The notes beneath the pieces are model-generated. The model made no database searches and was not told the DNA's origin. It saw only the letters and a list, made by a program, of their open reading frames with translations. Below, one piece after another: positions 16,902 through 25,340 of a DNA stretch of 25,748 bases; the stretch's first letter is position 1; each line of letters starts with the position of its first letter. The position numbers were made by a program, and so were the translations under genes. Source of the DNA: a virus (lineage: Duplodnaviria; Caudoviricetes); the IMG/VR virus record IMGVR_UViG_3300032335_000138, positions 1-25,748 of that record, one strand, 5' to 3'.

Positions 16902-17573
16902 TTACATCACCAAAGGTTTGTAAGGGCGCAACAATGTTGCAACACCAAATGGAATTTCTTTCAACTGAATATCTGTTGTATTGCTTCGATTGTTGTAAAG
17001 GTGTGTAAACAACAATAAGCCTGCCTGCTTGATAACAGGGTAGGTTGACAATGGATTAGAAACAGTTGTGTATTCGCAAATAATTGGCGCAGTCATTTCG
17101 CTATTGATGCTAGTTGGCAAAGTCTGAACAATAACTTTATTGCCGCTTGCATCATAGTAATATTCGCTTGGGGAAACCACAGTTAAAACTGATGGTGTGC
17201 TATTGTCCCAATACGCAACAGAATTGATTGTTACGCCTGCCAAATTTGGTGATTGGTTTTGCGATACTTCGGGCAAATCTAAACAAACAGGCGATGTGGC
17301 CAAGTTTTCAGCACCATACCAAACGCGGTATGTTACTGGAAAGATTGAAAGCCCTAAGTAATCTTCAATTGCAAAACGAACTGCAAGTTCTAATGACAGA
17401 ACATAGCCATCTTGCGATGTATCATCAAATAAGTTAATTTGGTTTGTCAGTTCATCCAAAGTTAACCATTGTGTTGTTACATCGCGACCGATCTGTTCAA
17501 ACTTCACATAACTGAACGGGTTGCGTGTAGCCGCCCCGTAGGGCGCACCAAGTAATTGGTTATTTACTGACAT
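16902..17573 (-). CDS. Head-tail connector (HK97 gp6 / phiE125 gp8-like, 223 aa)
   Basis: LTLDEL...I, IEDYLG, LDLP, IKQAGLLLFTHLYNNRS...EIPFGV..LLRPYK. Confidence 0.88.
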   Translation of the reverse strand: MSVNNQLLGAPYGAATRNPFSYVKFEQIGRDVTTQWLTLDELTNQINLFDDTSQDGYVLSLELAVRFAIEDYLGLSIFPVTYRVWYGAENLATSPVCLDLPEVSQNQSPNLAGVTINSVAYWDNSTPSVLTVVSPSEYYYDASGNKVIVQTLPTSINSEMTAPIICEYTTVSNPLSTYPVIKQAGLLLFTHLYNNRSNTTDIQLKEIPFGVATLLRPYKPLVM

Positions 17574-17583
17574 TTAAGCCCCT

Positions 17584-18600
17584 TTAGGCGGCAGACATAC
17601 GAACGCCTGCGAATGGATCGCGCACAGAACTGACCACGCGTTTTTCTGCGTACATGGTCACAAAGCCTGCTTGCGTTTGTTCAAACATTTGCACAGACAT
17701 TTGTTCAGTGTCGCCAATCGTCAAAAAGCGATTCCAGTTTGCCAAGTAAATTGGGAAAGCATCAGACAAATAAGGGTTGGGGATAACTGGCCAACCAAAT
17801 ACCCGACCAACTGCCGCGCCATCAGCATCACCAATTTCTAAGAACAATGGCAAACCTTGGCTGTCTTTCAATTGACGCAAAGTCTGAATCATTGTCGGGG
17901 TCATATGCCAAGCGGTTGTTGGCAGTGACCAATATTGGGCAGGCAACGCATTGGCCATGTTGGTCATTTTATTGTAAGTAACCGCAACACCACCATTGCT
18001 AACAGTAGCGATGCTGTGAATACCATTTGTAATAGCCGTGCCGCTAGTACCATAAGCACTAGCAGAAGCACTAGTGTAACTATCCAAACCGCGCAAACCA
18101 TTAGTAGCACCAGTTGAAGTAGTTGTGCTACCCGCTTGGTCGCTATTAAGCACCATTGATTGACCTTCCAATTGGGCGAATTCAAGCGCCAAATCTTCAA
18201 CCAATGTTGCATCCAAATTATTAACATCGCTTAACACCGCAGTTCTGATTGGCAATTGTGCAACCAATACGCGCACAGGCAATTGCCAAATGCTTGTATT
18301 CACATTAGGTGAACCGCTGTTAGGCGTAAATGTGTAACCCCAAGGGTTAGTGCTGTTTGCGGCATTACCAGTTTTGGCAACGAATTGAGCATCAGAACCA
18401 TTCACTGCGATTTGGCGCGAGCCTTGACGCAATGGGTTGGCTTGACGCAGTGCGGCAAACGCATCATCAAAAACAACATTACCACCAACACCCGAACCCG
18501 AACCAGTAATGGCGCTTGCTTCACGCAAATCGATATTTACTTTGCCGCCTTCGGTGATGGCTTGTTTGATTCCGTTCAAGATTTTTTCGGTGATAGTCAT
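17584..18600 (-). CDS. Second HK97-fold capsid protein (338 aa), paralog of the major capsid protein with a short leader
   Basis: Collinear with the 446-aa gene: EASA.TGSG, FAALR.ANP.R, PIRTA, NGLRGLD, LP.QYW, L.DS.G.P.F, EKR..SSVRDP; own AGGA SD. Confidence 0.9.
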   Translation of the reverse strand: MTITEKILNGIKQAITEGGKVNIDLREASAITGSGSGVGGNVVFDDAFAALRQANPLRQGSRQIAVNGSDAQFVAKTGNAANSTNPWGYTFTPNSGSPNVNTSIWQLPVRVLVAQLPIRTAVLSDVNNLDATLVEDLALEFAQLEGQSMVLNSDQAGSTTTSTGATNGLRGLDSYTSASASAYGTSGTAITNGIHSIATVSNGGVAVTYNKMTNMANALPAQYWSLPTTAWHMTPTMIQTLRQLKDSQGLPLFLEIGDADGAAVGRVFGWPVIPNPYLSDAFPIYLANWNRFLTIGDTEQMSVQMFEQTQAGFVTMYAEKRVVSSVRDPFAGVRMSAA

Positions 18601-18614
18601 AAGAATTCCTGTTT

Positions 18615-18644
18615 AAAAAAAGCGGGGGATTTTCGCCCCCCGCT
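18615..18644 (-). terminator. Rho-independent terminator between the two capsid genes
   Basis: AGCGGGGGG-CGAAAA-UCCCCCGCU (9-bp GC-rich stem, one G-U) followed by UUUUUU. Confidence 0.9.
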
Positions 18645-18660
18645 AATGGCAACGCAACTA

Positions 18661-20001
18661 TTAAGCCGCTGTGCCTGTGGAACGATAACGAACCAAGGCG
18701 TTAGGATCGCGCACAGAACTTGCCAAACGCTTTTCACCAAAGAAGGTGATAAAGCCGGGCAATGTCTGATCGTATCTACGCATAACCATATTCAATCTGT
18801 CTATGATTGTATGGCCGCGGGTGAAATCACCAAAGTACATTGGGTACAGTGATGTTGTGCCTGCTGATGCAACTGTTGTTTGTGAAGGTGTATCGCAATA
18901 CTTGTTCACTACAACATCAAAGCCCAACAATTGGCCAACGATACCTTCAACAGACAAACCTTCATTACGATTGAAGATTGGTGCACCATTGCTATCACGC
19001 AAAGCGCGAATTGCATTCAACAGAATTGGGCTAACCATAAACTTGGTGTTAGGTGTCCAATATTGCTGTGGCAAAGAATAGATGGTGTTAATAACATCAA
19101 CATAACTGATATTGTTAGCGCCAACAGTATTTGCGTTGGTGGTCAGTTGGTCATAAGTGGCAAGGCTATGCAAACCGCTTGTTGAACCAGTACCGCTAGA
19201 ACCAAATGCCGCTGTGGTGCAAGTGCCGCCTGTGTAGGTGCTGTTTGCGCCTGCGTATTGGTCTAGGCCACGCAATCCATTGCTTCCACCATATGGCAAA
19301 GATGTAGAACCTTGGTCATTGTTTTGAACCATTGACAGGGCTTCGGCTTGGCTGAATTCCATCAACATATCGTCAACAACATTGGCTTCCAAACCATCGA
19401 TATCATCCAATGCGGCAGTACGAATTGGGAACTGCACATTCAAATCTTGCAGAACCATTTGCCAGATTGTTGTATCTTCAGTAGTGGCCGCTGTGTTGTT
19501 GTTAATTGCATAACCCCAACCTGCGCCCGCATTTCCGACCTTGACCCGGAATTGGTAACTGCTACCATCAGTTGCAACAGTGCGAGACAAACCGCGCATT
19601 GGGTTAGCCAAACGCAAAGCGGCAAACACTGGATCATAAGCGGTGCGACCACCTTGGTTGTTACCAGAACCAGTTAGTGCGGATGCCTCTTGCATATAGG
19701 CTTCGCGTTGGCTTTCGTCTGCAAAAATTTGCAGTTCTTTTTCTACGCGGGCATTGCTTTTGTAGAAAGAAGCCAATTGTTCTTTAACAGATTTATTAAC
19801 ATCTGCGCGAACAGTTTTTGCAGGCTTAACGATTGCAGGGGCTTGAATCGATGCAACTTTGGCTTCCAAAGAAGAAACCAATTCGCTGAATTCGGCTTTA
19901 ACCGCTTCAACTGCGGCAGGGATTTTTGCTTCAACAGCGGCAATGCTTTCGCTTTGCTTGGCTTCGATAGCATCCAATTTTTCGATAATTTCTTTTGACA
20001 T
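18661..20001 (-). CDS. Major capsid protein, HK97 family, with ~105-aa N-terminal delta (scaffold) domain (446 aa)
   Basis: Follows the protease; E/K/A-rich coiled-coil N-terminus; ALRDSNGAPIF, LLGFDVVVN, YFGDF, EKR...V.DP.A motifs; followed by a terminator. Confidence 0.94.
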   Translation of the reverse strand: MSKEIIEKLDAIEAKQSESIAAVEAKIPAAVEAVKAEFSELVSSLEAKVASIQAPAIVKPAKTVRADVNKSVKEQLASFYKSNARVEKELQIFADESQREAYMQEASALTGSGNNQGGRTAYDPVFAALRLANPMRGLSRTVATDGSSYQFRVKVGNAGAGWGYAINNNTAATTEDTTIWQMVLQDLNVQFPIRTAALDDIDGLEANVVDDMLMEFSQAEALSMVQNNDQGSTSLPYGGSNGLRGLDQYAGANSTYTGGTCTTAAFGSSGTGSTSGLHSLATYDQLTTNANTVGANNISYVDVINTIYSLPQQYWTPNTKFMVSPILLNAIRALRDSNGAPIFNRNEGLSVEGIVGQLLGFDVVVNKYCDTPSQTTVASAGTTSLYPMYFGDFTRGHTIIDRLNMVMRRYDQTLPGFITFFGEKRLASSVRDPNALVRYRSTGTAA

Positions 20002-20003
20002 AA

Positions 20004-20780
20004 TTAACCTTTAAGTCGTTTATCAAGTTGTTTAAGAAGTTCACGGGCTTCGAGAGCCGCAAGAATTTCTGCTTCGGTAGCCGCCACATCTGATTCACTC
20101 AAATCTGGTGCAATTTCAATTGGTGTTGGCTTTACATCGCGCAATTCCAACACTTTTTTGAATACAGATGCAGACGCTACCGCATCTTTTTTGGATAGCC
20201 CAACTTCACGCAAGGCCTGTTCCAAAACTTTTAAATCGGCACTGCCATCAGGTCGGAAATATTCCAACTTGCTAACTTCTGCCATAGGATTATTTGGGTA
20301 CATCACCACAGACACTTCACGCAGGCCGCCTTTGGTGATTTGGAAATATGCTTCATCTGATTGGTCGGGTTCGCCATCAGCATTGACCATTTGGTATTCT
20401 TCAGCGTATGCGCCAACAGAAACACCGCCAAACATAGCGGGGCTTTCTTGCATAACTTTGTAAAGGTCTGAACCCATTGTGGTGTTCATGTACAAACGGC
20501 CTTCTGCCTTCATGCCTGTATCGTCAAACTCAAATGCAGTCCATTCCCCAACAGGGATTGCATCAGCATCGTGATTGACAAACATTGGTAAGGGTCTGCC
20601 TGAACTTGCAAACTCTTTTGCCCATTCCATGAAGCCTTCGGGCTGATAGTTAAAGCGCCTACCATCTGCGCCTTCACGCGCACCCCAAGTAGTTACTGTT
20701 GCTTCAATTTTTCCTGTGCTTGCGCCTTGCTTTTCCAAAACTAGTTTGGCTTCGCAAACCATCATCAGGTTTTTGGTCAT
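20004..20780 (-). CDS. Prohead maturation protease (HK97/S78 family, 258 aa)
   Basis: PMFVNHD...PVGEW, GVSVG (catalytic Ser), LREVSVVMYPNNP.A.V; GAGG SD. Confidence 0.93.
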   Translation of the reverse strand: MTKNLMMVCEAKLVLEKQGASTGKIEATVTTWGAREGADGRRFNYQPEGFMEWAKEFASSGRPLPMFVNHDADAIPVGEWTAFEFDDTGMKAEGRLYMNTTMGSDLYKVMQESPAMFGGVSVGAYAEEYQMVNADGEPDQSDEAYFQITKGGLREVSVVMYPNNPMAEVSKLEYFRPDGSADLKVLEQALREVGLSKKDAVASASVFKKVLELRDVKPTPIEIAPDLSESDVAATEAEILAALEARELLKQLDKRLKG

Positions 20781-20913
20781 AAATTACCTCATCAACTTTA
20801 GTTCGGTCGATGTCATATATTGTTTTAGGTGGTCGCCCTCTTTTCGGGGGCGTATCTGTATTTGGCTTATATGTTGCCAACGATGCTATCACAACTCGAA
20901 AAATATGTGACAC
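20704..20913 (-). CDS. Small basic ORF with AT-hook-like motif PPKRGRPPK (69 aa), in frame with the portal
   Basis: Fills the 145-nt portal-protease gap; GTG start with no SD; overlaps the protease by 77 nt. Confidence 0.42.
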   Translation of the reverse strand: MSHIFRVVIASLATYKPNTDTPPKRGRPPKTIYDIDRTKVDEVIYDQKPDDGLRSQTSFGKARRKHRKN

Positions 20914-20925
20914 TTTATTTTTATA

Positions 20926-22323
20926 TTATTTGCCAATGTTCATTTTGCGGGTTTGATTGCCACCGCCACCGCCTGTATCTTGGGGCGATGTGCCTGCAAT
21001 TGGCTTATCTTTTCCACTCTTATCGATTAATTCGTCTGCCCCTTCAATGTTGGGCATACCCAAATATTCGCGGGCTTCGTTGGGGGTCATAATGCCATTT
21101 GTAACGCCTGCGGTTGCAAAATTCATTTGATCCAATGGCGCACCTTTTAAGAAATTGCGCGTATCAAACTCAATGCACAAATTGGGATAACCAACAAACA
21201 AATGTTGCTTTAATTTCTGCTGAATGTTAATCAAAGTTGGATACATGGTAGATTTATAAAATTCATCCATCATGGTTTGGGTGTTGTTGTACTTAGAATC
21301 GCCAACACCAATCATGGCCGCGGGAACGCCAAACAAACCGCAAATTCGCTTCATGGTTTGTTCTTTTAATTTGGCCGCGTCTGTGTCTTGCAGGGTAAGC
21401 ATATCCAAAGGCGTGTATTTCATGCCTTGATCTAGCAACATACCTTGGCCTGCTTTGCTTGGATCGCTTGGCTTACTAGAAACCATTGCAGACCATGCTT
21501 CTTTCAATCGTGCCGCAATTTCTTTGTATTTGGCATCAGGAATAACTTGTTCGCTTGTAAACATTCCGCTTGGCTTCGCGCCATTCTGCATAATGTAGTT
21601 TGCGTAAAGGTCGATATCTTGATCTAGCGATACCAACTCAGCGGCCAAGATGCCTTTGTTGAAACCCGCAGAACCTTGCCAGTTCATTTCTTTAATGTGC
21701 ATCACTTGGTTAAAGTTCAGCGGTTCATCGCGGTTAAAACCATAACTAGGTGTGCTCAAACGATAAGATGGGTAACGCGCAGGCGTGATGGTTACGGCAA
21801 TCAGCGTTGAATCAAGCAAGTACATTTCCAATGGTGTTTCGGTTGTACTTTTTTGATCTTTGCGCCACCACAGGGTAAATGCTTCGCCTGCTAACTCATA
21901 CCACATTAGCCATTGATACCAAAATTCATAGGTGCTTTGGAAATGGTTGGGTTGGGCCAAAAGATTGGCAACTTGTTTGGCTTTAGCCTTATCACGCGCA
22001 CCAACCAAATCGGATTTAACGGCATCCACATAATTGCCTTCTTCATCTTGGCAAACCACGCGAATTGGCAGTTGGGATAACGCACGGGCTTTGGCCGCAA
22101 CGCAGGCCATGATGGTGCTGTTGCGGGTTAATAGTGACATATCCACGGGGCGGCCCGCGGTATTGGTTGCGCCTGTGGTTACATAAAGAATTTGGGTATT
22201 GACATTCGGGGCTTGTTTTGACCCCTGATAAACGATGTTATTACCTAGCGCAGATTGCCCAAAAAGCACATTAGATTCTTTTTGTTCGCCTTTATTGCGC
22301 TTGAAAATGTCAAAAATAGCCAT
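20926..22323 (-). CDS. Portal protein, HK97 family (465 aa)
   Basis: ACV...A..LSQLPI, LL.QPN, L.GEAF, NGAKPSG, I..LFGVP, GIMTPNEAREYLG.P motifs. Start moved to ATG 22323 (MAIFDIF). Confidence 0.95.
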   Translation of the reverse strand: MAIFDIFKRNKGEQKESNVLFGQSALGNNIVYQGSKQAPNVNTQILYVTTGATNTAGRPVDMSLLTRNSTIMACVAAKARALSQLPIRVVCQDEEGNYVDAVKSDLVGARDKAKAKQVANLLAQPNHFQSTYEFWYQWLMWYELAGEAFTLWWRKDQKSTTETPLEMYLLDSTLIAVTITPARYPSYRLSTPSYGFNRDEPLNFNQVMHIKEMNWQGSAGFNKGILAAELVSLDQDIDLYANYIMQNGAKPSGMFTSEQVIPDAKYKEIAARLKEAWSAMVSSKPSDPSKAGQGMLLDQGMKYTPLDMLTLQDTDAAKLKEQTMKRICGLFGVPAAMIGVGDSKYNNTQTMMDEFYKSTMYPTLINIQQKLKQHLFVGYPNLCIEFDTRNFLKGAPLDQMNFATAGVTNGIMTPNEAREYLGMPNIEGADELIDKSGKDKPIAGTSPQDTGGGGGNQTRKMNIGK

Positions 22324-22347
22324 GTTTTTCCCCAATTTCCTGATGGT

Positions 22348-24027
22348 TTACCATTCAAAACTTCTAAATCCGAATGTATCAGAAATAAAAACATTGTCCA
22401 GATGGCAATGCAAAGCCATAATCATTGCAATAATTCCATCAACTTTTGCAGATGTGTCGGCTTCATTCTTGCGAACTTTCACATTTCCATTTACATCTGT
22501 GTAAACTTCAGCGTTTCCTAGTTGCCATCCAACAAACGGGTTGCCATCGTGCATGATCCCTTTTTTCAGGATCAATTGTTCAGCGGTTTTAGATGGATTG
22601 GAAAGAACGGCCATGCCCTGCCCAACTTTCTTTACGGGTAAACCCTCGGCATATAAATTGGCCACCAATGAAGCCGCGTTGTAAGGGTCATAACCAATTT
22701 CTTTTACATCGTACTTTAAACATTGTTGTTTGATGTAGGTTTCAACTTCATTTAGGTCGGTTACATTGCCTTGCGTTAGCCGCAGAATGCCACTTTGGTG
22801 GGCCTGCATGAATATCGATTTGTAATGGTTGGGGATTAAATCTAGGCTTTCTATTGGTAAGAAAAATTGAAATTCTGCAAAGAACTTTTCTTCTGAATAT
22901 CGGTGCAAAGTGCAAACCGCGTTCAAGTCGCGGGAATATGCCAAGTCAAATGCAATGAAAGTTGATTCGGGTTTGTCGGCAGGGATATCGCAAATTGATT
23001 CATCCCAATATCGCCTATCGACCCATGCGCTGTTTGCAGAAACATAGATGTTCAGTTGCTTGCACAGGAATTCGTTAAGGCTTGCAGGCTTGGCTTGGGC
23101 TTCTTGGGCCATGTGCCTGATATGTTCTTTAGTGACAGAAATGCCAAGCATGGGATTGGCTTTGGCCCAAACTTCTTCGTTACTCCATTCATCGCCTGCA
23201 TCAATGGAATACAGTAAACCAAACCATCTGAAATTATCTTCTGCCGCACTACGCAACACATTTCTTAGGTGGTTTAAATCTTCAAAGAATTTTGTTTCAC
23301 GCGTGAATGATGCTGTCGTTAAGTACATCCTTAAAGGATTCTTACGCGCACCCATACCCGAATGCAAAACCTCAATTGAGCCGCGTTCGGTAATTTGTGC
23401 CGCTTCATCAATCATGGCGCATGATGGGTTTTTACCATCGCCTGTTTTCCTGTTTTCACGGGATAGGGCGCGATAGGTAGAAGTTGAATCGCCTGCCTTC
23501 TTTAATTCACTGCGGTACACAACAAACTTTTGTTGAAACTCAGCGACCATGTTTTCAATGATGGCCTTAGAAGAATCAAAGCAAATAGAAGCCTGTTCGC
23601 GGTTGGTGGCCAAGGTAAAAACCTCCGCGCCTGCATCGCCAAACTGTAATTCGTACAGGGCAATAATTGATGCCAAAGTTGTTTTGCCTGATTTCCGCGG
23701 CACAAACAAAATTACATCTGTTACCCAACGAATAGTTCTATCTTTCCTATCCCTGAACCCGTAGATGGCCGCAAGAAACAGAACTTGGAAAGGTTGCAAT
23801 GTGATTGGCTTGCCTGCTTCAGCACCCTTCACATGGCGGCAGAACTTAGCAAACTTCAATATGTGTTCTGCCTTTTCAGGCACAAACTCATAAGGCGCAT
23901 CCCTGCGTTCCACCATATCCAAGAATCGTTGGGCGGCTAACTTAACATCTTCGCAGGCTGAAATGTCGCCAAGGGTAACGCCCCTAGCGTATTGGAAAGC
24001 GGGTTCAAGCAGTGGCGAATAACTCAT
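22348..24027 (-). CDS. terL: Terminase large subunit (HK97/Terminase_1-type, 559 aa)
   Basis: LQPFQ adenine motif, Walker A PRKSGKT, Walker B AMIDE, TTA coupling motif, nuclease FDLA...D, YDPYN, KVDGIIA. Confidence 0.96.
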   Translation of the reverse strand: MSYSPLLEPAFQYARGVTLGDISACEDVKLAAQRFLDMVERRDAPYEFVPEKAEHILKFAKFCRHVKGAEAGKPITLQPFQVLFLAAIYGFRDRKDRTIRWVTDVILFVPRKSGKTTLASIIALYELQFGDAGAEVFTLATNREQASICFDSSKAIIENMVAEFQQKFVVYRSELKKAGDSTSTYRALSRENRKTGDGKNPSCAMIDEAAQITERGSIEVLHSGMGARKNPLRMYLTTASFTRETKFFEDLNHLRNVLRSAAEDNFRWFGLLYSIDAGDEWSNEEVWAKANPMLGISVTKEHIRHMAQEAQAKPASLNEFLCKQLNIYVSANSAWVDRRYWDESICDIPADKPESTFIAFDLAYSRDLNAVCTLHRYSEEKFFAEFQFFLPIESLDLIPNHYKSIFMQAHQSGILRLTQGNVTDLNEVETYIKQQCLKYDVKEIGYDPYNAASLVANLYAEGLPVKKVGQGMAVLSNPSKTAEQLILKKGIMHDGNPFVGWQLGNAEVYTDVNGNVKVRKNEADTSAKVDGIIAMIMALHCHLDNVFISDTFGFRSFEW

Positions 24028-24376
24028 CTACTTCTGATACCTTGTTTTTGATCTTTGGGCGACCCCTTGCCACCAACGCTAATTCGGCAAGTATCTTTAT
24101 GGCCTTGTCCATTGATTCGGTTCTTATCTTGTAATACGGGCTTGGCGCATCACCCGCGTTGTAATGATAAATCGCGCCATTTTCCAAAAGGCCAATATGC
24201 GCCTGTACCAAAGTGTCAACCACCAGAACCAATGAACCAACTAGCAGTTCATCAGATGCAGTTAACGCGCCTGTTGAATTCTCGACCTCATTTCTGATGG
24301 CCGTTTCAAATGCGTCTGCGTTCCATGTTTCAGGGTTACGCAAAAAACCAATGATTTGTTTGGGTGCTTTTTTCAT
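24005..24376 (-). CDS. terS: Terminase small subunit (P27-like, 123 aa)
   Basis: Directly upstream of and overlapping terL; LT.SD..L, SPYYKI, ELAL..RGR resemble the P27-family NP/ELGLTP.SR motifs. Confidence 0.8.
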   Translation of the reverse strand: MKKAPKQIIGFLRNPETWNADAFETAIRNEVENSTGALTASDELLVGSLVLVVDTLVQAHIGLLENGAIYHYNAGDAPSPYYKIRTESMDKAIKILAELALVARGRPKIKNKVSEVDELFATA

Positions 24377-24510
24377 TTTTTTATCTTAACCCCTTTGTTG
24401 TTTATTAGCAACCTAATATCCCCCCCTAACTTTGTCTTTCTACGAAAAGACCCCCGCGCTTGCTTTTACAGCATCCCCGAATTTTTAAGTTTATTAATAC
24501 AAAAGGGTTA
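24377..24510 (-). other. Probable cos/packaging-initiation region with nested inverted repeats
   Basis: Non-coding gap between HNH and terS, where HK97-like phages carry cos; G-runs, GCGCGGGGG and four inverted repeats. Exact cut site not determinable. Confidence 0.5.
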
Positions 24511-24948
24511 TTCTAATGGCCGCATATGGTCTTGATGCACCATGTACGCGTAATCATGCTTTGTGTAGTCTTTAGCACCATGTTGGGCGTAGTGTCGGTA
24601 GATACCCTGCTTTTCTAGGCCAGTCTTTTGGCTATGGCAGTTATGGCACAGTGATTGGAATATGTTGCGGCTGAATGCTTGGCCACCAATGTGCTTCCAT
24701 GCAAACAAGTGATCTATGTGTTTTGCCGCGGCCACTATGCCCCTTGATAAACACCCTTGGCAAAGGGGTTGCTTGCTTATCTGTGCCGCCCTTATCGTTC
24801 GCCATAATGGTGTTTGGTACGCGCTATCGGTTTCCCGTCTAGCCATGTTATCCATGCCACCATGTTCTAAGCAGTATGTGTTAAGCCTACTTCTAGGATT
24901 CTTGCACCCTAGTTCTGCACATTTACTGTTAGATGGTACTGATGGCAT
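24508..24948 (-). CDS. Packaging-associated HNH endonuclease (HK97 gp74-like, 146 aa)
   Basis: N-terminal C...GC...YC..H; W..IR...I..QPLCQGC, HIDH, NIFQSLCHNCHSQKT; adjacent to terS. Confidence 0.9.
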   Translation of the reverse strand: MPSVPSNSKCAELGCKNPRSRLNTYCLEHGGMDNMARRETDSAYQTPLWRTIRAAQISKQPLCQGCLSRGIVAAAKHIDHLFAWKHIGGQAFSRNIFQSLCHNCHSQKTGLEKQGIYRHYAQHGAKDYTKHDYAYMVHQDHMRPLE

Positions 24949-25340
24949 TAGGCTAAGAAGCGCAGTTTATATAGCGTACTGTTGATAAGGTTAGCGATTG
25001 TGTCCACCTCATTCTGTAGTTCGCTATCCTGTGGAAAGCCCTGCATTCTGCGTAAGGTTTCTACCTCATCTTTAAGGTATGTAAGGTAAGCGACAGGTTC
25101 AGTTGCGGGCAATTGATAGTCTGCTTTGTAGTTGGTTAGCAGGCCGTATTTACCTTGGAATGCTTCAACAAATCCATCGACCAAATCACCAACTGCATCG
25201 TAATAAGCGCCCAAGGCCATATGCTGTGAATAACTTAGGCTTTGGAAATGCAGAATGTGGGCGTTGGTAACGCTATGCAATAAGCATTGAACAAACTGCA
25301 TCACGGGGTCTTTTTGGGTTGCTTCTGCGCGAAATTTCAT
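24948..25340 (-). CDS. Dps/ferritin-like four-helix-bundle protein (DUF5856-like, 130 aa)
   Basis: HILHFQ..SYSQHMALG.YYD....LVDGFVE.FQGKYG...ELQN.VD.I...I..T.YKL.FL; His/His/Asp/Glu spacing like the Dps ferroxidase site. Confidence 0.72.
   Translation of the reverse strand: MKFRAEATQKDPVMQFVQCLLHSVTNAHILHFQSLSYSQHMALGAYYDAVGDLVDGFVEAFQGKYGLLTNYKADYQLPATEPVAYLTYLKDEVETLRRMQGFPQDSELQNEVDTIANLINSTLYKLRFLA

Noticed and set aside
17584-18600. Second capsid gene as an assembly artefact or pseudogene
   Set aside because: It is intact, has its own SD, and is too diverged from the first copy at DNA level to be a mis-assembled duplicate.
10644-22335. Longer N-termini in the ORF track (10755, 15762, 16590, 22335; also 5308)
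   Set aside because: They overlap upstream genes or use weak starts; downstream ATGs at 10644, 15561, 16554, 22323 and 5269 fit gene spacing or SD better.
24387-24510. Cloverleaf-like element as a tRNA
   Set aside because: Too long, and lacks TTCRA T-loop, D-loop consensus and correct arm spacing.
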